64,000 nucleotides of DNA from Tidjanibacter sp. (GTDB lineage Bacteria > Bacteroidota > Bacteroidia > Bacteroidales > Rikenellaceae): assembly GCA_017936005.1 (NCBI GenBank), contig JAGBGK010000005.1, forward strand, positions 9,651 through 73,650, given 5' to 3'. A program made the translations under genes and the position numbers. Position 1 is the first letter of the stretch. The number at the start of each line of letters is the position of its first letter. Positions 30,854 to 39,999 of the stretch are shown here, in pieces. The notes below the pieces were generated by a model that worked only from the letters and a program-made list of their open reading frames with translations, had not been told where the DNA came from and did not search any database.

Positions 30854-33055
30854 ATGAAAAAACTCACCCTTGCCGCACTCTTTGCGGTTTGCACAATGGC
30901 TGCTGCGATGGCAATTCCTGCCAAGCCAGGAGCTGTTTCCTATGTTCAGTCGGACGGCACGGTCATCACCCTCGAAACCTTCGGCGACGAGTTTATGCAC
31001 TACACGCTGATGGACAACACCTACACGGTGGCCCAGAAGGGTAGTGGCGACTTCTACTTTGCCACAATGAAGGATGGCTTGTTGGTTGCCTCTGATGTGT
31101 TGGCTCGCCCCGTGAGCACTCTCTCGGCCGAGCAGCGCAAGGTGGCAAACAAGAGCGTAGGTCTGCGCCCTAACGTAAATGCCGCTTTGGGCCGCCACCC
31201 TGTGTGTGCATCCGACCTTATGCTAACCCGTGCAGCAGAGGTGACTACCCGTGCTTCGGTAAACCAAGCTTTGAAGATTGGCCGTTGGGGTGGTGCTCGT
31301 AAGGGTAAGATGAAGGGCCTTGCAATTCTTGTGGAATATACCGATGTGAAGTTCCAAAACCACGCTACCGCCAATGCCGACTTTACTGCTATGCTCAACG
31401 AGCAGGGGTATAGTAAGAACGGCGCAACGGGAAGTGCGAGGGACTATTTTGCGGCCAATTCCAGCGGTCAGTTCGAGCCCGAGTTTGTGGTTATGGGCCC
31501 CTATGAACTCTCCAACACGCGTGCCTACTATGGTGGTAACACCTCCTACGGTAGCGACCAGAGGCCTGCTTATATGATTTTGGAGGCTTGTAATTTGGCC
31601 GATAAGGATGGCCTCGACTTCTCGCAGTTCGATGGTAACAGCGACGGCCAAATCGACCTCGTATTTGTATTCTTTGCCGGCAACAACGAGGCCGAGGCAA
31701 AATACACACACCCCGATGCTGTGTGGCCACATATGTCCTACCTTGTCCCCAAAGGCACTCCCGGCGGATCTAACATCGACACCACCGAAACGCCCGTATT
31801 TGACGGCAAGATTGCCTACACCTACGCTTGTACTTCGGAGTTGAAGGGCGCAGGTAAGGAGTATTCGGGTATCGGCTCTTTCTGCCACGAGTTCGGCCAC
31901 GCCATTGGTCTGCCCGATAACTACGACACCGATGGCGAGGGCAATGGTACCGCCTTTGGACTCCAATATGCCGACATTATGGCTGCAGGTAACTACCTCA
32001 ATGAGGGCCGCACACCTCCTGCCTACAACATCTTCGAGCGTTGGTTGCTCGGCTGGGCCTACCCCAGGGAGATTGTCGAGCCGGGTGAGTACCGCTTGGG
32101 CCCTCTCTACGACAACAACGGCTATGTTATCTTCACCGATGATAACCGCGACGAGTTCTTCCTCTTCGAGAACCACAATGCACAGGCTAATTCGGCATCG
32201 TTCAAGTGGGATAAATACCTACTCGAAGGCGACCCGAAGGTTGACCTGGCGGGTTATGCAGGTGGTAATGGTATGCTCGTTTATCACGTTGATACAAGTA
32301 ACGAAATGCTCTCTCGTTGGGATGCCAACCGTGGTAATGCCTACTCGTCGCACGAGTGCTTGAAACTCTTCCGTGCCGACCCCTCGGCTCCCAACAGCCA
32401 GAGCCGCAGGTGGTTCTACCCCGGCGAGGCTCAAATTACCTCGTTGACCGACAAGTCGAGCCCTGCGTTCTGCGACTGGAATGCTGTGCCACTCGGGCTG
32501 AAAATCTCCAACATCAGGTTGGATGGTCAGGATGTGGTGCTGACCGTGTTGGTTGACGATTTAAGCTACGAGGTAAACCAATACGACGCCTTCATTAGTT
32601 GGGAGACAAGCAAACACAACTACTCCCAATGGAAGATTGTTTACACCAACACCAAGACCTCGGAGGAGTTCACTTTGGAGACGACCAATAAGTTTGTTGT
32701 TTTACCCGTTTTGGCACCTCGCACTGAATATGGTGTTGCCATCTATGGTATGGAGGGTGGTGCCGTAAACGAGAAAGCCGCATACTCCTTGCACATCACC
32801 ACCCAGGGTGCGGCTGTGGCTTCGATGGCTCGCTCGGCACTCAATATGCAGGCCTCCTATGGCAAGAACGACTATGTGTGGCTCAGTGTTAAGGACCTCG
32901 ATTGTACTCCCGAGAGTATCACGTGGTACATCGACGGCAAGGTGAGCAAGGAGGTCTATCTCAAACTCTCGGCAGGCAAACACCAGGTGTGTGCCGCAAT
33001 CACCGACGACAAGGGTAACACCGAGTATGTCTACCGCTACATCACCGTAAAATAG
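30854..33055 (+). CDS. M6 (immune inhibitor A-like) metalloprotease, secreted
   Basis: Signal peptide, QSDGT/GDE propeptide, GSARDYF, WPH, HEFGHAIGLPD. Confidence 0.92.
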   Translation: MKKLTLAALFAVCTMAAAMAIPAKPGAVSYVQSDGTVITLETFGDEFMHYTLMDNTYTVAQKGSGDFYFATMKDGLLVASDVLARPVSTLSAEQRKVANKSVGLRPNVNAALGRHPVCASDLMLTRAAEVTTRASVNQALKIGRWGGARKGKMKGLAILVEYTDVKFQNHATANADFTAMLNEQGYSKNGATGSARDYFAANSSGQFEPEFVVMGPYELSNTRAYYGGNTSYGSDQRPAYMILEACNLADKDGLDFSQFDGNSDGQIDLVFVFFAGNNEAEAKYTHPDAVWPHMSYLVPKGTPGGSNIDTTETPVFDGKIAYTYACTSELKGAGKEYSGIGSFCHEFGHAIGLPDNYDTDGEGNGTAFGLQYADIMAAGNYLNEGRTPPAYNIFERWLLGWAYPREIVEPGEYRLGPLYDNNGYVIFTDDNRDEFFLFENHNAQANSASFKWDKYLLEGDPKVDLAGYAGGNGMLVYHVDTSNEMLSRWDANRGNAYSSHECLKLFRADPSAPNSQSRRWFYPGEAQITSLTDKSSPAFCDWNAVPLGLKISNIRLDGQDVVLTVLVDDLSYEVNQYDAFISWETSKHNYSQWKIVYTNTKTSEEFTLETTNKFVVLPVLAPRTEYGVAIYGMEGGAVNEKAAYSLHITTQGAAVASMARSALNMQASYGKNDYVWLSVKDLDCTPESITWYIDGKVSKEVYLKLSAGKHQVCAAITDDKGNTEYVYRYITVK

Positions 33056-33107
33056 GGCAGAGAGTTATTCCGATAAAAGCATTAACGTTTAAAAGAGAAC
33101 GACAACA

Positions 33108-33557
33108 ATGAAACGTATTTTCACAATAGCAACACTCATTTTGGCAGCTGCACTCACCTCGTGTGTTACCCCCGAGACGGGCGACAAACAGTTGGATGCG
33201 TTGACATCATATATGGATTTGCAGGATGTTCCGGGTGTGTATACCTATGCCAATGAGCAGGGCAAATCCACCTATACCTTCAATCAGAGTGATGGTCAGG
33301 GGTACTTCAACAAGTCGAAACTGACCTACCGTATTATGAACAACGAGGGTAATAAATATGTACAGTTTGTCCTTTCGGCAGAGCCTGTTGCGGGACAGAG
33401 TGTGGATGTTAAGATGACAAGCAAGGGTATCAAAGAGCTTTCGTCGAGTGTTACCTACAAGGCGATGAAGGTTGACCGTTTGGAGGACAACAAGGTCTAT
33501 CTTATTGGTGGTGCCGACACAAAATACACCGCACTTATACTTGTCTGGATAGAGTAA
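33108..33557 (+). CDS. Hypothetical lipoprotein
   Basis: LTSC lipobox; co-oriented 52 bp after the M6 gene. Confidence 0.75.
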   Translation: MKRIFTIATLILAAALTSCVTPETGDKQLDALTSYMDLQDVPGVYTYANEQGKSTYTFNQSDGQGYFNKSKLTYRIMNNEGNKYVQFVLSAEPVAGQSVDVKMTSKGIKELSSSVTYKAMKVDRLEDNKVYLIGGADTKYTALILVWIE

Positions 33558-33695
33558 AAACGCAGTAAAAAACGCAGATTGTACGGCAACTGCGGCGTTA
33601 CACTGCGATAAACCACCTCCTCATTTACGTTTAGTAAACTGCGGAGGTGGTTTTCTTGTGTGCCTTGCATTTGCCGCACACTTTGCGTTTTTTTA
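33555..33695. repeat. ~130-bp MITE/REP-like palindromic element, copy 2 (left end duplicated)
   Basis: TAAAAACGCAG TAAAAAACGCAG...TGCGTTTTTTTA; core shared with 18864-18992. Confidence 0.85.
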
Positions 33696-33696
33696 A

Positions 33697-33912
33697 CGTC
33701 GACCGTCAACCGTCGACCGTCAACCGTCAGCATACCCCTCCGCCTACGGCACCTCCCCTAACTTAGGGGAGGAGTAATTTTCAATTTTCAATTCCCTTTC
33801 TGCTCTTTCTGCCCTTTCCGCCCTTTGGTGCCCATTCAGCCCTTTCTTGCCCTCGGGTATCTTTTTTAATACCCGTGCCGTAGGCATACCTCCATTTTCA
33901 ATTTTCAATTCC
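33697..33912. repeat. Mosaic repeat cassette (CCGTCRA x4-5, REP, TTTTCAA, 9-mer tract, GGGTATC hairpin, TTTTCAA)
   Basis: Read directly. Confidence 0.85.
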
Positions 33913-33917
33913 CCTTC

Positions 33918-35015
33918 CTACTCTGCTTCCCAGAGGTCTTCGAGGCCGACATATTGGAAGTAGTCCACACCACGGAATGCGGGCCACGCTTTGCCACGTT
34001 GCACAACGCTACCTATAGCCTCCATTACACCCTTCCAACCAAGCGGTTTCAATGAGGGCGACACGTTGTCGAGTTCGTTTTGGTGTACCTTCACAGCCAC
34101 CGATACACACCCTTTTCTATTGGCAGGGGTGGCTTTGAGGTAGTTCTCCACGTCGGTCCAAATCTTGTCGGCGGTGGTGCGGTAGGCCATAACCATCACC
34201 CAATCGCACACGGCCAGAAAATCTTCGGCACAACCCTTCGACAGCAATCCCTGGTCATACTTGGGCTGAAAGGCCGAAGAGAGAGCCTCACAAAGTTGTA
34301 GGTCGCCAAGCAATTGGTCTGCATACGACAGGCGGTCGAGGGTGAGGCCCACAAGGCGGTCGTTACTTCCGCCCTTACCGTAGTTGTTGGTGCTGTCCCA
34401 CCAATAGCCGAGTGCTTGTGCGTTCTTGTCGGAGGATTTCATTGTGTGTGGTTCGAGGTCGGCAGAGATGCCGTCCACTTGGCAAATGGGAGCAACCGAA
34501 GAGTTCCACTTTTTGATTGCCTCCACCTCCGTGCGAACAACATCCTCGTTGGTGTAGATAGTGTTGCTCTGCAAACGCATCGCATACACCTTTATATTAT
34601 ATAGGTGTGCCTCACCGATGAATCTCTCATACCAATCTCTCTTGTCGTGGGTGGCGGAGGTCATCACCTCTCTCGACATACTCAGGTAGACATCGCTCAT
34701 ACCCAGCAGAGCCAGACGTGCGGCCAACTGCTCGGGTTTTTGTGCATACTCCTCCACCGTCGCCGAATAGACATATACACCACTTCGTAGTGTGCCGTTG
34801 GCTGTGCTCGTGGTTGCACGCAGTTCGGCAGCTTTGGTGCGCATCTGTTCGGTTGCACCGGCAGCGGCTACAAGTTGGTCTGTGATGGAAACCACCTCGT
34901 TTGTGGGTGTCTTGTCAGATGGGTGTTTGGATGGTTCCACACTTGGCACACATGCAGCATTGCCCAGCGAGGCAATGAGTGCACAAGCGATGGTGATGAG
35001 TCTTAGTGTTACCAT
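33918..35015 (-). CDS. Hypothetical lipoprotein with glycoside-hydrolase-like TIM-barrel features
   Basis: AAC lipobox; GVYV, DGISADLEPH, VMVMAYR. Confidence 0.6.
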   Translation of the reverse strand: MVTLRLITIACALIASLGNAACVPSVEPSKHPSDKTPTNEVVSITDQLVAAAGATEQMRTKAAELRATTSTANGTLRSGVYVYSATVEEYAQKPEQLAARLALLGMSDVYLSMSREVMTSATHDKRDWYERFIGEAHLYNIKVYAMRLQSNTIYTNEDVVRTEVEAIKKWNSSVAPICQVDGISADLEPHTMKSSDKNAQALGYWWDSTNNYGKGGSNDRLVGLTLDRLSYADQLLGDLQLCEALSSAFQPKYDQGLLSKGCAEDFLAVCDWVMVMAYRTTADKIWTDVENYLKATPANRKGCVSVAVKVHQNELDNVSPSLKPLGWKGVMEAIGSVVQRGKAWPAFRGVDYFQYVGLEDLWEAE

Positions 35016-35067
35016 TGTCTTTTATTTTCGAAGAGAGGGGTGTGGGGTTTTGTTTCTCATTGTAACA

Positions 35068-35102
35068 ACAAGGAGGCACCCTGCAAGAGGCCGCCTCCTT
35101 GT
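35068..35102 (-). terminator. Probable terminator hairpin
   Basis: ACAAGGAGGC...GCCTCCTTGT. Confidence 0.6.
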
Positions 35103-35128
35103 GCTAAAAAAGTGGTAAAACTGACTAA

Positions 35129-35302
35129 TTATTTAGCAGCCTCAACCGATGCTTTACGGAACTCTTTCATGAGTTTCGATACCTCCAAAGCTGCTTTGCG
35201 AGCGCGAGTGCCGGCAGCTTTGTTGCCTTTCTCAGCCTGGAGTTTAGCGTTTACCTGGAAAAGCTCGATCTGAGCGTTGATTTTCTCTACTAATGCTTGC
35301 AT
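35129..35302 (-). CDS. Histone H1-like (Hc1-family) small basic protein, 57 aa, absent from ORF track
   Basis: MQALVEKINAQIELFQVNAKLQAEKGNKAAGTRARKAALEVSKLMKEFRKASVEAAK; KGNKAAG.RARK signature. Confidence 0.88.
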   Translation of the reverse strand: MQALVEKINAQIELFQVNAKLQAEKGNKAAGTRARKAALEVSKLMKEFRKASVEAAK

Positions 35303-35407
35303 AGTTGTAAAGTTTAATTATTAGTTTATGTGTAGTTTATTATGTGGTCTTTGGCAAAGTTATTACATTTTTTTCAAATACAATAGGTTTGGCGAAGTTT
35401 TTTATTC

Positions 35408-37936
35408 CTATTTACGTTTTTTTAACGATTTGAAGAACTTTGTAACAACATTGTCTTTGGTGTTGTCTTCGCGGTAACCATAGCCGTAACCATAGCCATA
35501 TCCGTAGCCGTAACCATAACCCTTGCTGTTCTTCTCACCACCATAGTAGAGTTTGCCGGCACCCACATCCGAGATGATGATACCCATATTCTTCAACGAC
35601 TGTCGGCTGGTGATGGCCTTCAAGGTCTCAAAGACATTCTTCTCGGAGTGGCCCATACGCATACAGTAGAGGGTCATATCGGCCAACCTGTTGGCAATCA
35701 TAGTGTCGGTAACAAGAGCAATGGGGGCTGTGTCGACAATGATGTAGTCATACATACCTTTCAGTTTCTCGAACATCTCGTCCAACTCGCCACGCATCAA
35801 CAACTCGGCAGGGTTGGGGGGAATGATACCCACCAACAGGGCATCCACACCGTGAAGGCTGTTCTTGACGATGAGATTGTTGAGGTCGGGCTCCTTGCCA
35901 ACGAGGTAGTTTACGATACCCTTACCGTGGCTGCTAATGCCGATACGATTCTCCAACGAGCCCTTACGCATATCCATATCAACAATGAGGACCTTCTTGC
36001 CCGTGATGGCGAACGAGAGTGCTATGTTCAGCGAGCAGGTTGTCTTGCCCTCCGAGGGAACCGTGGAGGTAACCATTATGATTTTACCACCACCCGTGAG
36101 CATAAAGTCCACATTGGTACGCACCATACGGAATGCCTCCGCAATGGCATCACGGCTGTTGGGGGTTACCATAATGTCGCTACCACTCTTGCTCTGCTTC
36201 GAAGGAATGGCACCGATGATGGGTATGTCGCCTTTCAGCATACTCTCAACCTCCTCAACCGAGTAGATTTTGCTCCTCAGTGCCTCGGCTATGAAGATTA
36301 CAACAATAGGTAATATAAGACCCATAATCAACGCCAGCAACATAACCATAGCGGTCTTGGGCGAGATGGGCAAAGCCGAAGGCTCGGCAGGGTCAATAAC
36401 CCTCGACACCGAAGCGGTGGTGGCCAATTTGAGGCTTGTCTCCTCACGTTTGTTGAGCAGGTATTCATAGATGCGAACCTTGATTTGTTGGTTACGCATA
36501 ATCGACTGCGACTCCTTCTCGATGGTGGGCAGGTTGCTCACCTTGCTTCTGTTCTCGGCAATCTGCCTGTTGAGCGAGCGGAGCTCTACCTCCAACGAGT
36601 TACGCTGGTTGGCGATAGAAGCGGGCAGCACTCTCTGCATATCCATAAGGTTCTCCCTGCTCTTCCTAACCGAGGGGTTGCTGAGCATTTCGTCGCCACC
36701 GACGGTCTGGTAGGCCATCACAGCGTTGTTGTAGTTGTTGATAATGGTATTCAACGCACTGTCGGTGGGAGAGAAACCAAAGAATGGAATCACTTCGGCC
36801 TTGCCCAAGATGGACTGTACGTGGTTGTATATGTCGTTGAGGATGCTGATGTTGACCTCCACCTGCACAGCTTGGTCTTCGAGTTTAGCTAACGACTGCA
36901 CATAGAGGTTTGCCTCGGTTGTGGAGTTCACACTCAGCGAGCTCTTGCGGTATTTCTCCACCGAGGAGTCCACGTCGTCGAGGTCGCCGCCAACAATGGC
37001 CAACCTCTCGTCCACAAACTCCATTGTGGCCCTTGCAACAGCCCTCTCGCCCTCTTTGGCATCCTCGTTGTACACACGAATAAGCTCGTTGACAATGTCG
37101 GCCGACTTCTGTGGTACAGCAGTCTTTATGCCCACACTGATAAGACTTGTGGTCTTGCTCGAAGGAGCAACGCTCAGGTTGGACGACAGCACGCGGGCAT
37201 AGCCTTTGACACCTCCGGCTTTGACAATATAACGTGGAGTGGCTTTCCTCTTCTCTTTCGTTACCTTTTTGCCACCTTTTTGTACGTCATTGGACTCATC
37301 ATCCACAACAGGGGCAACGTAGTGTTCGTTCTTAACGATACGCACGATACCCATACCGCCATAGATTGGCTGGTCGATAGTTGTGTTGAAGGCCTCTTCG
37401 TACTCCTCTCCGCGCTTGGTATATTCGATGGTTCCTTTGTAGGTGCCATCATCAAGTATGGATATGTCCATCACGAATGGGGCCATTAGTGAGTCAACAA
37501 CCACCTCGATTGGTACGGTGGGGGCATACACCTCCACTTTGCGTAACTTGGCAGGCACATAGTAGAGAATGTTGGCATTCATATTCTCAACCACTTTGTT
37601 CATCAGCGAACGCGAACGGAGGATTGCGGCCTCGTTGTCCACCACCGATGTCTGGCGCATCATACGGATGTTGGTCATTGTCGTCACATCCGACTTCACA
37701 CTACGCGAGGAGTTCTCGTCGACGTAGATGAGTGCGCTCGACGAGTAGATTTTGGGCGTTACTTTGCAGTAGAGGAAGCCTGCGCAGAGGCACACAAATA
37801 CCGATATGACAAACCAAAACCAGTTGCCGATAAAGAATTTCCAGATTGCTCGGAGCGACAACTCCGTGCCTTCTTCCTCAACCACGCCGGAGGGTTGAGT
37901 GTAGTTGTTCTGTGTATTGTAGTTTTCCATAGCCAT
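35408..37936 (-). CDS. wzc: Polysaccharide co-polymerase / BY tyrosine autokinase
   Basis: Two TMs, coiled coil, EAFRMVRTN, PSEGKT, DMDMRK, DTAP, (GY)7 tail. Confidence 0.93.
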   Translation of the reverse strand: MAMENYNTQNNYTQPSGVVEEEGTELSLRAIWKFFIGNWFWFVISVFVCLCAGFLYCKVTPKIYSSSALIYVDENSSRSVKSDVTTMTNIRMMRQTSVVDNEAAILRSRSLMNKVVENMNANILYYVPAKLRKVEVYAPTVPIEVVVDSLMAPFVMDISILDDGTYKGTIEYTKRGEEYEEAFNTTIDQPIYGGMGIVRIVKNEHYVAPVVDDESNDVQKGGKKVTKEKRKATPRYIVKAGGVKGYARVLSSNLSVAPSSKTTSLISVGIKTAVPQKSADIVNELIRVYNEDAKEGERAVARATMEFVDERLAIVGGDLDDVDSSVEKYRKSSLSVNSTTEANLYVQSLAKLEDQAVQVEVNISILNDIYNHVQSILGKAEVIPFFGFSPTDSALNTIINNYNNAVMAYQTVGGDEMLSNPSVRKSRENLMDMQRVLPASIANQRNSLEVELRSLNRQIAENRSKVSNLPTIEKESQSIMRNQQIKVRIYEYLLNKREETSLKLATTASVSRVIDPAEPSALPISPKTAMVMLLALIMGLILPIVVIFIAEALRSKIYSVEEVESMLKGDIPIIGAIPSKQSKSGSDIMVTPNSRDAIAEAFRMVRTNVDFMLTGGGKIIMVTSTVPSEGKTTCSLNIALSFAITGKKVLIVDMDMRKGSLENRIGISSHGKGIVNYLVGKEPDLNNLIVKNSLHGVDALLVGIIPPNPAELLMRGELDEMFEKLKGMYDYIIVDTAPIALVTDTMIANRLADMTLYCMRMGHSEKNVFETLKAITSRQSLKNMGIIISDVGAGKLYYGGEKNSKGYGYGYGYGYGYGYGYREDNTKDNVVTKFFKSLKKRK

Positions 37937-37956
37937 AATTGTCGTTGTGCTTTATT

Positions 37957-38769
37957 CTACCTGGCTCGCGAAGCGAACGATAAGTAGTAAATCATCATTG
38001 TGATTGAGGTGCCCAGCGATGCGAGCGAGGTGATGATGGGGAAGTAGGTGGTGAAGGTCGACACGCTCTTGGCCTTTGCGCCAACGGGCTCAATATACAC
38101 CACGTCGTTCTGTTTGAGGTAGAAATAGGGCGACTTGAAGATATCCTTCGATTTGAGGTTGAGAACCTCCACGTGGCGCTCGCCATTCTCCTCACGAATA
38201 ACCATCACTTTGGTCCTCTCGCCATAGACTGTCAGGTCGCCAGCAAAACCGATAGCCTCCAAGAGGGTGAGCCTGTCGCCGGGGAAGTTGTAGGTGCCGG
38301 GCCTCTCCACCTCGCCGATAACGGTGATGTAGAAGTTGACAAAATTAACCGTCACCACAGGGTCGGGCATCACATCTTTGAGTGTGTTCTGCAACTGTTT
38401 GGCGAGTTGCTCACGGGTAAGTCCCGCCACTTTTATCTCGCCCAACACGGGGAAGTTGATACAACCCTCGCTGTTCACGGAGTAGCCCTCGTAGGATACA
38501 TTGGAGGTAATCTTGCTGGAAGAGTTGGCAGCAGCCACACTCGAAATCTGACCTCTCGCCGAGAAGAGGTTGTAGGGGACGGCGAGTTCGGGGGTGCTCG
38601 ACGACACGGATATGGTCAGCACATCGCCCGGTTGAATGGTGTTAATTTGTCCCACTGTGGAATCAAGAGTGCCTGTTTGGACATCCTGAAAGTAGGCCAA
38701 ATCTTTCTGACTACCGCACGAGCAGAGAGCAAGTGCGAGAGCTACACAAAGAGTGATTTTTTTGAACAT
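37957..38769 (-). CDS. wza: Polysaccharide export lipoprotein
   Basis: Lipobox, IQPGD.L, G.I.FPVLG.I.VAG, GEV.RPG, AGDLT.YG.R. Confidence 0.92.
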   Translation of the reverse strand: MFKKITLCVALALALCSCGSQKDLAYFQDVQTGTLDSTVGQINTIQPGDVLTISVSSSTPELAVPYNLFSARGQISSVAAANSSSKITSNVSYEGYSVNSEGCINFPVLGEIKVAGLTREQLAKQLQNTLKDVMPDPVVTVNFVNFYITVIGEVERPGTYNFPGDRLTLLEAIGFAGDLTVYGERTKVMVIREENGERHVEVLNLKSKDIFKSPYFYLKQNDVVYIEPVGAKAKSVSTFTTYFPIITSLASLGTSITMMIYYLSFASRAR

Positions 38770-38895
38770 AATGTCTTATCTGTGTTAAATACTAATTTCC
38801 GGTTTATCGGACAAAAGTAGTGTTTTTTATTATATAAAAAAAGCAAAGCGTGCGAAATAGTTGTTTGGGGCATAAATATGGCCATCTTTGGGCAC

Positions 38896-38940
38896 AAAAA
38901 AGAGGGGCTTGCGGATGCCCTACGGCCCACAAACCCCTCT
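38896..38940 (-). terminator. Probable intrinsic terminator
   Basis: AAAAAAGAGGGG...CCCCTCT. Confidence 0.55.
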
Positions 38941-38988
38941 CTATTGATGCCAATAGGAGTGGCCCGAAACCACATCTTGATGTGCTCT

Positions 38989-39240
38989 TTACGCCTCTTC
39001 CAAAGCGCGTGCAAGTTGGTCGGGACACGAGGTCCCTTTGCCTCTGCAATCAATCCCTTTGAGCAGGGCCACAACCTCTGCCACGGGACGTCCCTTTGCG
39101 AGTGCTGCCACACCCTGTGTGTTGCCGTGGCAACCGCCCACAAACTGCACCTCTTCGATGGTCTTTCCGTCGTCCGAAATGGTGGTTACAATGGCCCTCG
39201 AACACACCCCCTGGGGATAGTAGATTTTTTGCCTTGACAT
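38989..39240 (-). CDS. Stand-alone TSCPD-domain protein (TIGR03905-like)
   Basis: GVCS, GGC.GN.QG, GI.C..KGTSCPDQLA. Confidence 0.92.
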   Translation of the reverse strand: MSRQKIYYPQGVCSRAIVTTISDDGKTIEEVQFVGGCHGNTQGVAALAKGRPVAEVVALLKGIDCRGKGTSCPDQLARALEEA

Positions 39241-39279
39241 ATACCTAACCTATTGATTTTTAGCGAATGAATATTTTCA

Positions 39280-39888
39280 TTAGAATGCGCAGTAAACTCC
39301 CACATTTACAACTCCTTTGGCACCCCAACCGAGTTCGGCAAAACCGCCCGTACGTCCTCCATAAGAGAAGCACAACGGGTAGATATTTCCCATCGGTGCG
39401 ACGGCAAAATTATTGTTGCTCGTGTTGCCGTCGGCACTCCATTGTTTGGCCGCCAAAGCCATCGCACCGACACCCCACGAACCATACATCGCAAAGGCTC
39501 CCGAACGGAAATATTGTGTTTTGGCACTAAACATCAAAGAGGGGTAGAGTGCGCTGGCACTTTTGTTCATTGCGCCCGTGTCGGTAAAGACCGACTTGGC
39601 CGAACTGTAACCGACTGTGAGTGAACCACCCAGAGCCAGCCAATCGTTGATGCCGTAGTGTGCTTCGACGTTGGGGTTTAACAAGAGTATAAAATCCTGC
39701 CTCTCTGTGCCTTCGGGATTACCAAATGCGGTGCTTAGACCGGCCACGAGTGCGCCTATAATGTCGGGCAGGGAGTACCATCCCACGCCGCCTTTGATAC
39801 TCCACTCGCCTCGCTGCTGTGCGGAGGCAGGAGCGATGGTTGCAACGGCAAACAAAATTGTGGTTAAAAATGTGAAAAATCGTTTCAT
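39280..39888 (-). CDS. Outer-membrane beta-barrel protein
   Basis: Signal peptide, amphipathic strands, FAELGWG, terminal Phe. Confidence 0.7.
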   Translation of the reverse strand: MKRFFTFLTTILFAVATIAPASAQQRGEWSIKGGVGWYSLPDIIGALVAGLSTAFGNPEGTERQDFILLLNPNVEAHYGINDWLALGGSLTVGYSSAKSVFTDTGAMNKSASALYPSLMFSAKTQYFRSGAFAMYGSWGVGAMALAAKQWSADGNTSNNNFAVAPMGNIYPLCFSYGGRTGGFAELGWGAKGVVNVGVYCAF

Positions 39889-39999
39889 ATCTCTTCAATT
39901 TATTTAAGGGTTAGAAACTACTGTGTTTACAAATATAGGAAAAAATTTTATCTTTGCAAATAATTTTGACAGACTTACCGTTATTTTTATACCTTATTT

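Noticed and set aside
35474-35521. Hexamer repeat in wzc as a contingency locus
   Set aside because: It encodes the expected tyrosine cluster with varied synonymous codons.
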